NCBI GenBank assembly: GCA_951406725.2
Contig: OX597826.1
Span: forward strand, 18,166,001-18,230,000
DNA from: Octopus vulgaris
Taxonomy: Eukaryota
Length of the DNA: 64,000 bases
Reading direction: 5' to 3'
The notes below the pieces were generated by a model. The model had not been told where the DNA came from and searched no databases. It was given only the letters and a program-made list of their open reading frames with translations. The translations under genes were made by a program, and so were the position numbers. Numbering within the stretch: the first letter of the stretch is position 1; every line of letters begins with the position of its first letter. Shown here piece after piece: positions 14,223-26,536 of the stretch.

Positions 14223-14395
14223 TATTGGTTTCAAATTTTGGCACAAGGCCAATAATTTTGAGGTAGGGGTTAAGTCAATTCCATTGCCCCAATGTTCAAA
14301 TGCTACTTATTTTACTGAAAGGCAAAGTCGACCTTGGCAGAATTTGAACTCTGAATATAAAGACAGACGAAATGCTGCTAAGCTTTTTCTCAGCT
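14223..14395 (-). mobile_element. Diverged SINE family B
   Basis: ggcacaaggcc...gaaaggcaaagtcgaccttggcagaatttgaactc. Confidence 0.75.
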
Positions 14396-15479
14396 TGCTG
14401 TCATAAATCTCTGAAATAGTGAATGTTCCAAAGTGTAAGTCAGCCCCTGCTAAGCTAGATCCTTCAATCCATAAATATCTAGATTTCCATGTGTTATCAA
14501 CCTTAATGCAGACAAATGTGTGGGATGTATGTGTGTGGTACACAAATGTAGCCATGATCAAGGTAATCCTTCAGGCACAAAAGTTGTCAAAATGCTATTA
14601 CTGTAGGAAATTTCCTTCAAAAGATGCGAGAAAACGAAAGATAAAGCGATCTGTACATTTTCCCTTGTAACCCAAACCTATCTATTTCAAAATATCTGCT
14701 GTTGCAGAAAACTAGTTGAGTGGTCAGTGACTTGTGTCCGTGTATTTGCATGTTTGAACATAGATATAAGCAGATATTTGCTGGTATCTATGGTCAAACT
14801 ATTAGACAACAATCTGAGTAATCAGTGACACTGCTAGTGTCTGTAGTCAACAAAGCTGGAGACAACTAATTAAGTGGTCAGTGATACTGCTTTTGTTTGT
14901 AGTTAACAGAACTGGAGAGTTAGGTAGGTGGTCAAGGTGTTGCTTATTACGTCTATGGTCAAAGTACTTAACAAACAAGTCCATTAAGTTATTATATTCC
15001 ATTATCAGAGGGAGTATGTCTGGGACTGCATCATTTTATATGCCCTTCCTTTTTAAGATATTTGAATTTGAATTGAGGGAAATTGACTGCTATTTATATC
15101 AAGTTGAATGCCCACATTCAGGGTATCTTGTTGGCTTCATCAACTCTGAGGAAGTAACTGTTGGTGGCTTTAAGAACTGGTGTTGTGAAAATGATGAATG
15201 ATTTATTAGTTGTGGAATCCAATTCCATTCTTCTCAAGTTAAAAGCTATTACATGTTATAGAACAAAATCCTAACCAGAGAAATATTTCTTTCTCCTTTA
15301 TTTGAAGTTACTAAACCTAGAGATCACTAGCAGTACACTAAATCCTTATCATTCAGAAAAATAATTTAACATCTCTGTTAAATATGTTTACATACATCTA
15401 CAATAATTTAATTTAACAGTCTCTCTTTATATATTTTGTAGTGGTCAATTGATTTTTTTTTACTGAATTAGTAATATAT

Positions 15480-16100
15480 TTTGACAGGAAGAAGTCTGCA
15501 GTCACCACATTACAAACATGAAGATTATAGTTCAAATATAAATTACATCAATACATATAGGCCTTTATCTTCAAAACAATAGAAATTTATCAACCCAAAC
15601 TAACAGAAACATATTCAATTAAAGACAATTCTGTCAATTCAGCAATGTCTATGCTCAGAGTTGAAAACTTCAGACAATGTGAAAGACTTCCAGGAAATAT
15701 AGAAGCAATAAGAATATCATCCCTGTTGAACAAGTTACACTTTATGCTTTTCTTGATACAATCCCCAAGAAATGAATCTAACCTTTATATATTTATCTTC
15801 AGCTCTACAGGAAGAGAAGTAGATGAAATCTTAAATCAATTTTGATTCCTCTTAGTAAACAAGAAGAAGAGAGGAGGGTTCAACACATAGTATTCCTCAG
15901 AAACAAAATACCATATCATTGGCACAGAATGGCAAGACTTAAAAGAGAATTAAGAAGGAAAAGAATGGGTTAAATATGTAAAGAGGTGAAAGATGGGGAA
16001 TTGAATTTTCATTTTATTTAATAGTTATGAAATGTTATAAATTGTGAATGAGAAATAAGTTTTGGGAGGAAATTATAAAAGTGGAAGATTGTGAACTGTA
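15480..16100 (+). pseudogene. Possible heavily decayed L1/Tx1-clade LINE ORF2 C-terminal remnant
   Basis: Scattered motifs FLIQSP, KKRGGFN, FWEEI; A-rich strand bias. Confidence 0.25.
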
Positions 16101-16674
16101 TTGGGAGTGGACATTATTAGGAGAATGTGAGGAGGGAAGAATGGCTATAAATAGGGACTGAAATGGAGCCAACAAGTTTGAGGTAAAATGTAGAATTGAT
16201 ATCCCTTGTTGGAGTAAATGTCAAACAATACACATTAGGTTTTATAGATTCTGGTCACTGAGGACTTTGAGGAGAAAATATATAAACACACACACGCACA
16301 CAGAACAACACACATACACAATTCGATAAACAGACTGGTAGATATTGTTACACACAGATGAAATGGATATATATGTGTGTTTTTCAATGTTTATATATAT
16401 ATATATATATGAGAGATTAAAGAAGTATCAGAGACAAGTGATGGAACAAGCCAAGATGAAATGGAAAAAATGACAAACAACCAGATAGATATGGACTACT
16501 ACTAAATATGAATATGGTAGACTTAGGAGAAACTACATATACACATATGCACACACACATGTAGATATATATACACTACATATATACACTCTGATACATA
16601 CATGTAGATGCATGTGTGTGCACATATAGATATGTATTTATTAGTAATCTATATTTTTGAGATGAGGAATTATG

Positions 16675-17268
16675 TACATTATTTACAACGGACAGGTAGG
16701 TGTCCTCACCTTGTTTGTTGTTACCACATCATTTCAGCTGAGGTACACTCCAGCCTTCATCAGGTGTTCTGATGGAATTTTGAACCCAACCATTATTTGA
16801 CTTATGGGGTAGCTGTTCTTATTCCAAAGGTATATTTTCTGCTTTTTTTTTCCTGTTGACATTATTTCCCAAGTCCCTGCCTGGGATTGAACTAAGAATC
16901 CAAAGGTTAGTGGCTCATAGGCAATTATAGAGTGAATTTTTGGACTTATAAATCTAATATTTTATCTTTTCTTAATACTAGTTCCCATATTACATTCATA
17001 TCTGCATGAGGTCTGCTTAAGAAGTTATTGTGTTCTAGCATATGTGCTGCCTCTTTTCATTTTTGTATTTTCCAGTGGTGTTCACTGCCAATTATTTTAA
17101 CTTAGGAATACCTTAGGAATGAGAACAGAGTACCCCATTAGTCAAATTAAGGGTTGGATTCGAAATTCCCCCAGAACACCTGATGAAGGCTGGAGAGTAC
17201 ATCAGTCAAAACATTGTGGTAACAACAAACAAGGTGAGGACACCAATCCATCCACTGTAAATAATGTA
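16675..17268. mobile_element. Foldback element with about 160-bp inverted arms, each with a hammerhead-like motif (Penelope pLTR-like)
   Basis: 16675-16833 is the reverse complement of 17108-17268; CTGATGA-AGGCTG..CAG-GAAA-type core in both arms. Confidence 0.75.
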
Positions 17269-17524
17269 GATATGTATTTGTTCATTCATTTTTTATGTCC
17301 CATTTTCCCATGAGTTAGTTGAATATGTTTTTAAGGCAATGGTTTACAACTGGATGCCCTTCTTGTCACTGATCCTTATTTGCTTTTCAAGTTAAGAGCT
17401 CTCTTATTCCACATGGTTTTGAAGGTACACAGCAAGCAAATGGTATTTTGACAGAAGTGACATCATCATCATCGCTGGTTGGGTACAACTTACACAGAAG
17501 TAAAAGCAAATGTAAACAAACACT

Positions 17525-17561
<37 letters not shown>

Positions 17562-18144
17562 CCATGTGCACACATACACATGCAAATATGCAAAACTTTT
17601 CCCAAGTTCAAAATGTGACACTTTGTTATCTAACATTCCAGTGATGAAGCTTCATATCTATGTTGAAAACTAGTTAATTCTTTACACGAAGACTTTGAAT
17701 AATTAAAAATAGAAAAGAACATACATACATACACACATACATGGATACATACATACATATGCGTGTGTATATATATGTATGTATATGTATATGTGTGTGT
17801 GTGAGTCTGTGTGCGTGTGTATGTATATATATAGACATATATATATATATGTATACACACACACACACATACACACACACACACACACACGCATATATAT
17901 ATGTATATACACAAATACATACACGCTCAATTACACAACAGATCTGTTTTAGCCAATTTCATCAATTGGTTTCAGAGGGAGGAAAAAAACTAACAAATTT
18001 TCCAGTTTGTTGACCACTCTATGAGAGCCTGCTTCTTTTTCTGACTCATGAGTTCTTAGACATGTATGCACATATGCACACACATGTGCACATGTAAATA
18101 TACATACATACATATATATATATATATATGTATACATACATACT

Positions 18145-18204
<60 letters not shown>

Positions 18205-19283
18205 CACACTCACAGTTGTATACATCTGTGTGCATACATGTGTTTATGAGTGAGTCTGGTGTATGTTTGTGGGTGTGTTTGTGGGTGTGTGTGTGTAATG
18301 TTTGATATCAGGTAAAAAAAAACAACTCAAAACCAATATGAACCAATTAACTTGACAGGGTTTCACACCCCTTCTTACCCGCAGCATCTACCTTGGGCAG
18401 CTGATAAGTAAACTGGGTCACTCCCTTCTCCCATTTAGCAATAAAATTGTCATACCTGATTCCATCACATGAGTGTGGAGAGGGGGATGGGTGTGGTGGC
18501 TGGTGCATTATTAAATGAAAAAATAATGGTTGAGGGTGGAGTAATGGGGGAGTGAGGCCCTAGTGTGTTACTAAGTTTGGCATCTGAATAGCAGGAGAGA
18601 CCTACTGGGAAGAATTACAAGTGATTCCTGATAATTGGGAAAATGTATAAGAACTTCATTTCTATTACCAGTTAACATCATCTGTCTTGTTATCCTCACC
18701 CTCCTCCTCCTCCTCCTCCTCCTCCTTGTCCTTCATCACTGGCAGCTGTGTCATTTCCACACAGTTGTTGTGATATTGATAATGATGATGTTGATGTTGA
18801 TGATGATCATTATGATGATCCAGCATCATCATCTTCACCAACATTATTACTACAACCACCTTCCTTATTATCATCAGCAACATTATCACTACAACAGCCA
18901 TTATTATCTTCATCATCATCATCATTAGCATTATCACCACCACAACTACCTTCATTATCTTCATATTTAACATTATCACCATAGCTACCTTCATTATCAA
19001 CAACATTATTGCTATCATCACCATTATCATCACCACAAAACTTCCATCATTATCACCAGCATCACTGTTATTATCAGAAGTATATCATTTCCATAGTAAG
19101 AAAACTCACCACCATCATGTCAACACTACCATCACATGAACACTGCTATTACCACTACAACGACATCCAGACTGTTTCCACAATCACCAGAACCACTACA
19201 ACAAACACCAACACCACCACACTGGTACTGCTACTACAACCACCAAAAAGCATATCTCTACCTTTAGCATCACTATCAGATTT

Positions 19284-19490
19284 AAGGCTGCAAGTTGGCA
19301 GAATCTTTAGCATGCCGGACAAAATACCTGGCAATATTTCTTCCAGCTTTTCATTCTGAGTTTGACTTCTGCCAAGATCAATTTTGCCAGTCATCCTTTC
19401 AGGATTGATAAAATAAGTATCAGTTATGAACTGGGGTTAATGTAATCAAACTATACCCCTCTCCAAAAATTTCAGGCCTTGTGTCTACAG
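19284..19490 (+). mobile_element. Diverged SINE family B
   Basis: ttggcagaatctttagcatgccggacaaaatac...aaaatttcaggccttgtg. Confidence 0.75.
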
Positions 19491-19720
19491 CCAAAATTAT
19501 TATCACTATAGACAAATACATGTTGGAAAAATCCAAGTAATATAAAGAATAAATCCTCCTTTTATACTTCTATGAAACTTGAAGTGCATTGTATTTCAGT
19601 GAGACAAACCCACAAAAACTGCATCACCTCCTCCTCTTAATCTCCACTCCCTATTTTTTGGATGTAGTTGAAACCAAAGTGAGAAGAGAAGAGTATCCTT
19701 TGACTATAAATATGTGTGTA

Positions 19721-20463
19721 CCGTATGCAGTTGGGTAAATTGTCACCATTTTATATTTCTAATTTCATGCATGCACATTGTTTTTGATTTTGTCAACTAC
19801 ACAGTATAGCAGAGTCAGTTGGGCACTGTCTGTGAGAAAAACAGCACCTTGACGCAATTCACCCGCCAGAAATTTGGAAATGACATGCTGTACTGCTTGG
19901 CATTCTTGCCAGAAGCTCCATTTCAGAGTGTTGGGTGTCAATCTGAGATCCCAAAACATGTACTGAGGGCGATAAATATCGAACATTCAGTCAAAATCAT
20001 GGCGTTTGGAGTGATCACTAGTGATGATGACATGCCTTGCTGCCCTGAGTCAAGAAGGTGGATGCTGGAAGACCCTATGTCTGTCAACAGGATTCTACCA
20101 CACAAGCAGGAGAACCCAGTCATGACTGTCAAACAATTTCTGCCACCACATCACCCCTAACATCCGGCCACCTAACTTCCCAGACTTCAACCCCCTTGAT
20201 TAATATATGTGGGGTGCAGTTGAGCAAGAGACCAACAAAACTCCTTGTAACACCAAAGATGAACTGAAGGCTAGGGTTATGGCAATATTCACCAACTTAA
20301 ACAAGGAGACGATCCAGAAGAGTTCCAGGAGATTCCGAAGTTGTCTGGAGGCCAATGGTAATTTTATTGAATAAATTTAATCTTTAGCATCTCCAAAACT
20401 TTTTATGTAATTTTGCTAAATATATCTGCATAATTTAGTTGACAATTAATTCACTGCACCCTG
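19721..20463 (+). mobile_element. Internally deleted Tc1/mariner-superfamily transposon (maT/DD37D-like)
   Basis: TIR gcagttgggtaaattgtc / gacaattaattcactgcaccctg; motifs MAFGVITSD, AGRPYVCQQDS, SPDFNPLD; homologous to 58170-58856. Confidence 0.8.
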
Positions 20464-20584
20464 CATATATATATTTATATATATATATATAAACAAAACT
20501 GTCCAATGAACGAGAACATGAAACAAGTAACAGTTTTTGTGATATTTTTGCTGCTTTTTAATAAAGTGTATATATATATATATA

Positions 20585-20945
20585 CTATTGTGTCTGGGGA
20601 GAGTCATTTTCTTTTTGTGCCTTATAATTTAACACACTGACTGGTGAAATTTCCACTTATTTCTTACTTTTATTTTTCTAAAATTTTCATTGCGTCTTGC
20701 AACCTTTTCAATAGTCTTGACTCTGTCCATTAAATAATGGACAAAGTCAAGACTATTGGAAAGGTTGCAAGATACAATGAAAATTTTAGAAAAATAAAAA
20801 AGAAAGAAGTGGAAATTTTACCGGTCAGTGTGTTAAATTATAAGGCACAAAAAGAAAATGACTCTCCCCAGACGCAACAGAATATGCTTCAACACACAAA
20901 CTCATATAAAGAATCTTGCGAATCAAATCCTAAAACGAAATATAT
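20585..20945. mobile_element. Foldback family FB1, short palindromic copy
   Basis: Arms 20585-20732 and 20735-20880 are inverted with a 2-nt loop; same sequence at 49091 and 60495. Confidence 0.85.
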
Positions 20946-20949
20946 ATAG

Positions 20950-21145
20950 AGTACCGCTGGCGATTTTTTTCCTCTGTCTTCCCTTCTCGGGATCTTTCCT
21001 TCTCCTATGTTTCCAATGAAGAGCTCCGCTCGAAACAGTAGACCCTCCTTCTTCCCTTCTTTCCTGAGCATCCAATAGTACTTTTTTTGTTCCACGTCCT
21101 CGCGTTGTTGTATTTTTTTGTTTTTTTGTGTTTTCTTGTTTGAAT

Positions 21146-21150
<5 letters not shown>
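20950..21150 (+). mobile_element. Penelope pLTR-like repeat with decayed hammerhead motif
   Basis: tttccaatgaagagctccgctcgaaac; related copy inverted at about 58895-59075. Confidence 0.5.
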
Positions 21151-21199
<49 letters not shown>

Positions 21200-21225
21200 A
21201 GATAGATAGATATACACACACACAT

Positions 21226-21259
<34 letters not shown>

Positions 21260-21264
21260 TCATG

Positions 21265-21316
<52 letters not shown>

Positions 21317-21537
21317 CCTTTGTCTGTCTGTCTGTCTGTATCACACAGTCATGTATGTGAGGCTTTATGTGTGTAATTATTCCAAATTATGTATGTATGT
21401 ATATATATATATATATGTCTATACATGTATGTATATATGTGTATATATATGTATATATATGTACATAAATGTGTATATATGTATATAAATGTGTATATAT
21501 ATATATATGTATATATATAAATGTGTATATACATATA

Positions 21538-21573
<36 letters not shown>

Positions 21574-23379
21574 GTAATAGACCAAAGAAAGTAATTCCTT
21601 CAAAGAAGTGTGTAAAACATCCAATTCACAGGTACATCAGTTCAGTACCACATAAATATGGGTATAATGCAAATTACAAACAAGAAATTAAATAGAGAGA
21701 TTCAGTTGACAATCCAATTATTTATTTATATATAACTATAAAAGAGAGTTTGTGTGTGTGTATGTGTGTGTGCATGCTGATTTTGACATATGGGGTATCA
21801 AAAGATTCAGTACTATTTCCGCTACCAACTAAACTTTATTTTCATTGACATATTTCCATTACAAAAATTTTAAATTGAAATCTTTTCCATAACTCAACTA
21901 TCGTAAGCATTTTATACGACCGCGACAACGATGACGTCACATTTTCTATATGAGTGTGTACCTTAAAAGACATCCATCATTACGACACACACCTTCACTC
22001 ATTCACTCTATCTCTCTCCCTCTCTCTCTCTTTTTCTCTCTCTCTCTCTCTTGCACACACACACACACACACACACACTCACATGTCTATTTCATATACA
22101 CGTACACACATCTTATTTTTGTGGAATAACTGAGTGAAACACAGAATGAGAAAAAGACAGAGAGACAAGAGAGAGAAACAGAGACTGGAAACAAGTTTCT
22201 ATGGGAGAAGATGACAGGGACAGCGGGTGAGAGACAGACGCTGGTGTTCCATACCCTACATATGTTCTATTGGTGAAAGTGAAAGAAAGCGGCACAATGA
22301 GAGGGGGAAAGCGGCAGAGAAATGATGTCATGTCGTACAATTTTAAGGTAATTTTCACTTTCATCCCATGTTTCATGTGTGTGTAGAATTAGGCATTATA
22401 TTTCTTTCGTTTTCTCATTATAATGTATGGAGACCTGCTGTTAACATATTACAGCTTCACTACAGTTCCTTGTTTTGGAATTAAGAAAGGTATACAAAAA
22501 TAACTTCCTTTGCCACACACAGAGTTCTGTATGAATTATGTTAATCCTTGCTGTGCCCTAAATTACAGCTGAAATCCTATGGAACTTACCTTTTCCTATT
22601 CTACCATTCCTGTTTGTGAGGAGCGTATTTCAAAACCTGATCTTCCATTTAAACTTACAAAGAAGTTATCTTAGAAACCCTGTCCTTTACCTGTTGTTTC
22701 TAGCATGTCTCAGAGGACATTTGCATACCACCACCACCACCACCACTTATTTCTTTCCTCAATTCACTCACATTCCTATGTTTTCCATACAGGAGATTTG
22801 CATTTCATCTGAAAGTGAGTAGCCAATGGGTGGCCAAGGTGGGGTAAGGAGTATTTGGTATTTCTTTCAGAAAAATTAAATTTTTGAAAACAAATTAAAT
22901 TATCTACATTCGTAATCTCTGTATTTTTCCATCATGCATAAAAAACAAAATTCAAAAAACAGTCAAAAATTAGGAAATTTCAGTGGGAAGAAGGGGGTAA
23001 TTATAATTTTGAAAACAAGATTTCTGGTCAAAATCATATTAACCCCTTTTTATTCCATGAAACAGTACATAGTTTGTGATCCTTCTTAAGAACATAATTC
23101 ACTTCCATGTAAATTGTAGCCACCCACCCCACTTCACTTCTAGACAAACAATAACTTCCATTACACCAGTAATCAACTCCACTATATATCAGCTAACAGC
23201 ATGCATTACGCTTATCAAGACAGAGCATAACCAAATCATTCACAGTTTACCGTTTTGTCTCAAAATAACGGTCTACAAATTGAAACATGCATTTTCCCAC
23301 ATCCTTTCATTAATTACTAAAAAATCAAATTATACAATGCACAACTTCAAATTGCTATGTCTTCCATATTATATGTTCC

Positions 23380-23870
23380 TTAATTGTTTGCTATTTTCAC
23401 CCATGCCACCAAAACGAAGACATTCTCATTTATCTCTTTAAACAAGGGCCGCAAAGAAAACTGCCTCTATTCATGCTCAAGAAAACTCACTTCAGCAATG
23501 TCCAAATGTGTAATATTTGAAAACGATCACCGATGGCAGAAGTTCTGCTCTAAACTACACTTATCGTCTGGGATGAATGCATGATGGCACACTGTGGTGC
23601 ACTAGAAGCCCAAGACAGGTCACAAAGGGATATTAGAAACAGTACTGCCATTACTGTTGTCCTCGCAGGGGGTTTCCGTTTAATATTACCAGTCATACCA
23701 CAGGGTCCATGAGCTGACAAGATCTATGTGTGTGTGAAGTTTTCACCTCTGTGAAGGTTTGTTCGTCAGCTTTCGTTAAGCAGCAATATGTGAGCTCACC
23801 TCTACAGCGACCCCTTAGCTGAGGAATTCTTTCATCAACTTCTACTGATTGGAAATGGTGCTTTACCATT
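23380..23870 (+). pseudogene. Helitron RepHel PIF1-helicase remnant
   Basis: Translates to LIVWDECMMAH, ALEAQDRSQRDIRNS, TVVLAGGFRLILPVIP, QLLLIGNG, the order of Helitron helicase motifs II-IV; contains stops and frameshifts. Confidence 0.8.
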
Positions 23871-24084
23871 GAATAACACCCTGCAACAGCATATACTGCA
23901 ATGTGGGTACATGGTGTCTACATTGGGGGCAGGGTGGGGTATGTGGGAGTGGGATGTGTGGGGGCGGAGTGTGAATGGAGGGGTATCAATGAAGAGAGAA
24001 GTTGGATGTCAGAGCAAGAGAGGTGAAGTGGGTAGAAGTGAGGAGAGGAAGTAGGTATCAGATGAAGAGAGGTGAGGAGGGGAG

Positions 24085-24345
24085 GGAAGTTGAGCCCATG
24101 TGGTGCAAAGAAGTGAAAAGAGAAGATTAATTCCTGTTCATGGTGATGGCTGGAGTCAAGATGGCTCCTGTGCAAAGGCAATCCAAACACAGACAGGTGT
24201 TTTAATGAATGACCAGTAGAGCGGAAATGGCATGAGATCAGGGTGTCATTGCTGAGTCTAATGTGCACCGTCTCACAGGAAAGAGGCGGTTCACAGGCAG
24301 GAGTTAGTTGGCAAGTAAGCAAGTGAGATTTCTCTGCAACCATAG
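24085..24345 (-). pseudogene. Penelope-like element GIY-YIG endonuclease C-terminal remnant
   Basis: SCHFRSTGHSLKHLSVFGL...EQELIFSFHFFAPHGLN matches the PLE C-terminal H-F...H...E...I...P-x-G-L-N pattern. Confidence 0.7.
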
Positions 24346-25269
24346 GTAATGGAGCCTGGTGCCTTTTGCTTCTTCTGCACTTGTGCCTGGAGACTTGGTG
24401 TCAATGACTTATGCTTGAAGTAAAGATGAAACCATTTTATTATTGTTTGACTGTTTCCACAATAAATATAACCAAGCATTATTTGTTGCTAATCATCAAA
24501 TAAGAGATTTTGTTATGTCTTTGAGAGGTAACTCTGTCTTTCTAGCCATAGAGAAAGCTTACCAACAATATTCATGTACAGTGTCTATGACGAGATTTAT
24601 CTTGCATCACATTTCACAGACGTCAAAGTTAGGCACTGATCTTGTAGTCTGTGTGGTTAGTAACCAAAATAAAAGAAAATTCTTGTTTTTACCTGATATT
24701 TTCCAATTCTATGTAATACAAAGTTTAAATTGGATTAAAGAGAAAACAAGATTCTCACATCCTTAAAAATATGTTTCTAAATATACACTAAGAAACACCA
24801 GCAAGACTTCCAAAGAAAATATTCTAAATTAGAAAGATTATATAAAGAAATAAAAATATATTTTACTTTCCCCAATCTTGATTACTGTATTACTTAAGTG
24901 GTTTTATAATATTCTTTCTTGACATCTTTCTTGTTCTCAAAGTGTTTCACACACACACACACACACCTAAATATATAGATATCTATATATCTATATGTAT
25001 ACATCTATATATCAATCTATCTATCTATATACATATATCTATCCTATGCTTCATCCTTTTCACTCCATCCAGTAACAAATTTCAGACCCATGCTGATATT
25101 CACAGCCAACCCAAACATTTTCAGATGATCCATAACCTATGCTGCCATCACCACTGTCTCATCCACCAAGATGTTTTCTAAGTAGGTGTTGGTGGCCCCT
25201 TTCACTCTGTCCTTTTTTTCTAATGTCATCTTGAGAGTTGTTGCCATGATTGTCAGCATAGAGTTCTAT

Positions 25270-25700
25270 CAAACCATAGATATTACTCCTGCATTTCACT
25301 AGCTGGTATTTCTACTTCTCGGCTACAAAAGGCTGCAGGTAGACTGACTTCAACTCAACTATCATAGAAGCCCCGATCATTTGTTTTGATTCTTGCAAGG
25401 TCTTTCCATCTGCATCTGTAGTCTCACTACCTTTGTGACATACCAAATGGTAAACCATGTCCACTGGCCAGATCTTATTCTTCATTAGCTGAACAACTAT
25501 CATCAGCAACAACGCTTCATTCTCCACTTCTTCCTCCCACATCATTAGAATGCCTTCCTTAATCCATCTCTTCACCTTCCTCTCAAATTTGGCTTTTTCC
25601 TCCACCCACTTTTCAAAGACATCCTTTGTTGCAGCTCTCCCTATTGTACAGAAGAAGAAGGAAGGCTCTGGTCTCCATCACAAACCAGCAGAATAAATGA
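25270..25700 (-). pseudogene. Gypsy-type LTR retrotransposon reverse transcriptase remnant
   Basis: FERKVKRWIKEGIL...LMIVVQLMKNKIWPVD...IVELKSVYLQ resembles the RT N-terminus (K-V-R-P-V-x-D...D-L-K-S-A-Y-L-Q). Confidence 0.65.
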
Positions 25701-25927
25701 ATGGCCAGAAAGAACTTTCACTTGCCTACAGCGTCCTACCTGTGAACTGGTTCCTTCCTGTGAAAAGGTACACTTGATTGACTTCACCTGACATTATTTT
25801 TGCCACACTCACCCCACCCAATCTAGCTCACCATCTCCACCTCTTATCTCAGCTCAAAACATCACATTATTTAATACCTATTCTTTCTAAGAACATGGAG
25901 AGAAATGAAAGTAGCCAGTTTATTTAA

Positions 25928-26138
25928 CCCTTTCGTTACCGTATTTATTTTGAGATGCTCTGTGTTTCTTTCAATATAACAAAGAATTTAATAAAATAAC
26001 TTAGCCATCATTCAGCTAGTGTTAGGAACATAAATTGTGACTAAGGTTTGGTGGAAGATTTTAATTCAAAACTTATGAAAACAAGACATTTGTACTACAG
26101 AGCCACAGCTGGTTTCAGCCGGGTTGGTAACAAAAGGG
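25928..26138 (+). mobile_element. piggyBac-type MITE
   Basis: TTAA on both sides; TIR ccctttcgttacc / ggtaacaaaaggg; other copies at 35636 and 42913. Confidence 0.9.
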
Positions 26139-26413
26139 TTAAGTGAGACAAACAGGAATAACTCTAAATAAAGAAGCCAGAAATCAATGTAATTATGAAA
26201 GGAGTTGAGAGAAGATACAGCTTGAAGACAGTTCCTGGAATTGCAAACACATTGAGATGAAGGGAACGAAAAGTAGAATGCATTTTCTTGATGTTCTCAA
26301 GAATAAACAGAACAATTCAACTTCTAACATATTTTTATAAAATTGGTCTTGTACCAAAAAGAAATCACTGTAATTGACAGGAAAAACAAAAGACACAAGA
26401 AACGGTTGCCTAC

Positions 26414-26536
26414 CTATGCAATCCAATGAAGTGTCCATCCAGTAACCAGGGTTGCAGTCACAATCATAAGAGCCAGGTACATTGTAACAGAGCTGGTCAC
26501 ATCCATTCTTTAATTCTGAGGCACATTCATCAACAT
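26414..26536 (-). CDS. Internal exon of the same gene: calcium-binding EGF domain 3
   Basis: 123 nt, acceptor attcacag| and donor |gtaggc, phase 1-1; DVDECASELKNGCDQLCYNVPGSYDCDCNPGYWMDTSLDCI. Confidence 0.93.

Noticed and set aside
22590-22636. Possible minus-strand exon ending AAAAG|gtaagt
   Set aside because: Good donor, but no pyrimidine-rich acceptor, incompatible phase and no domain similarity
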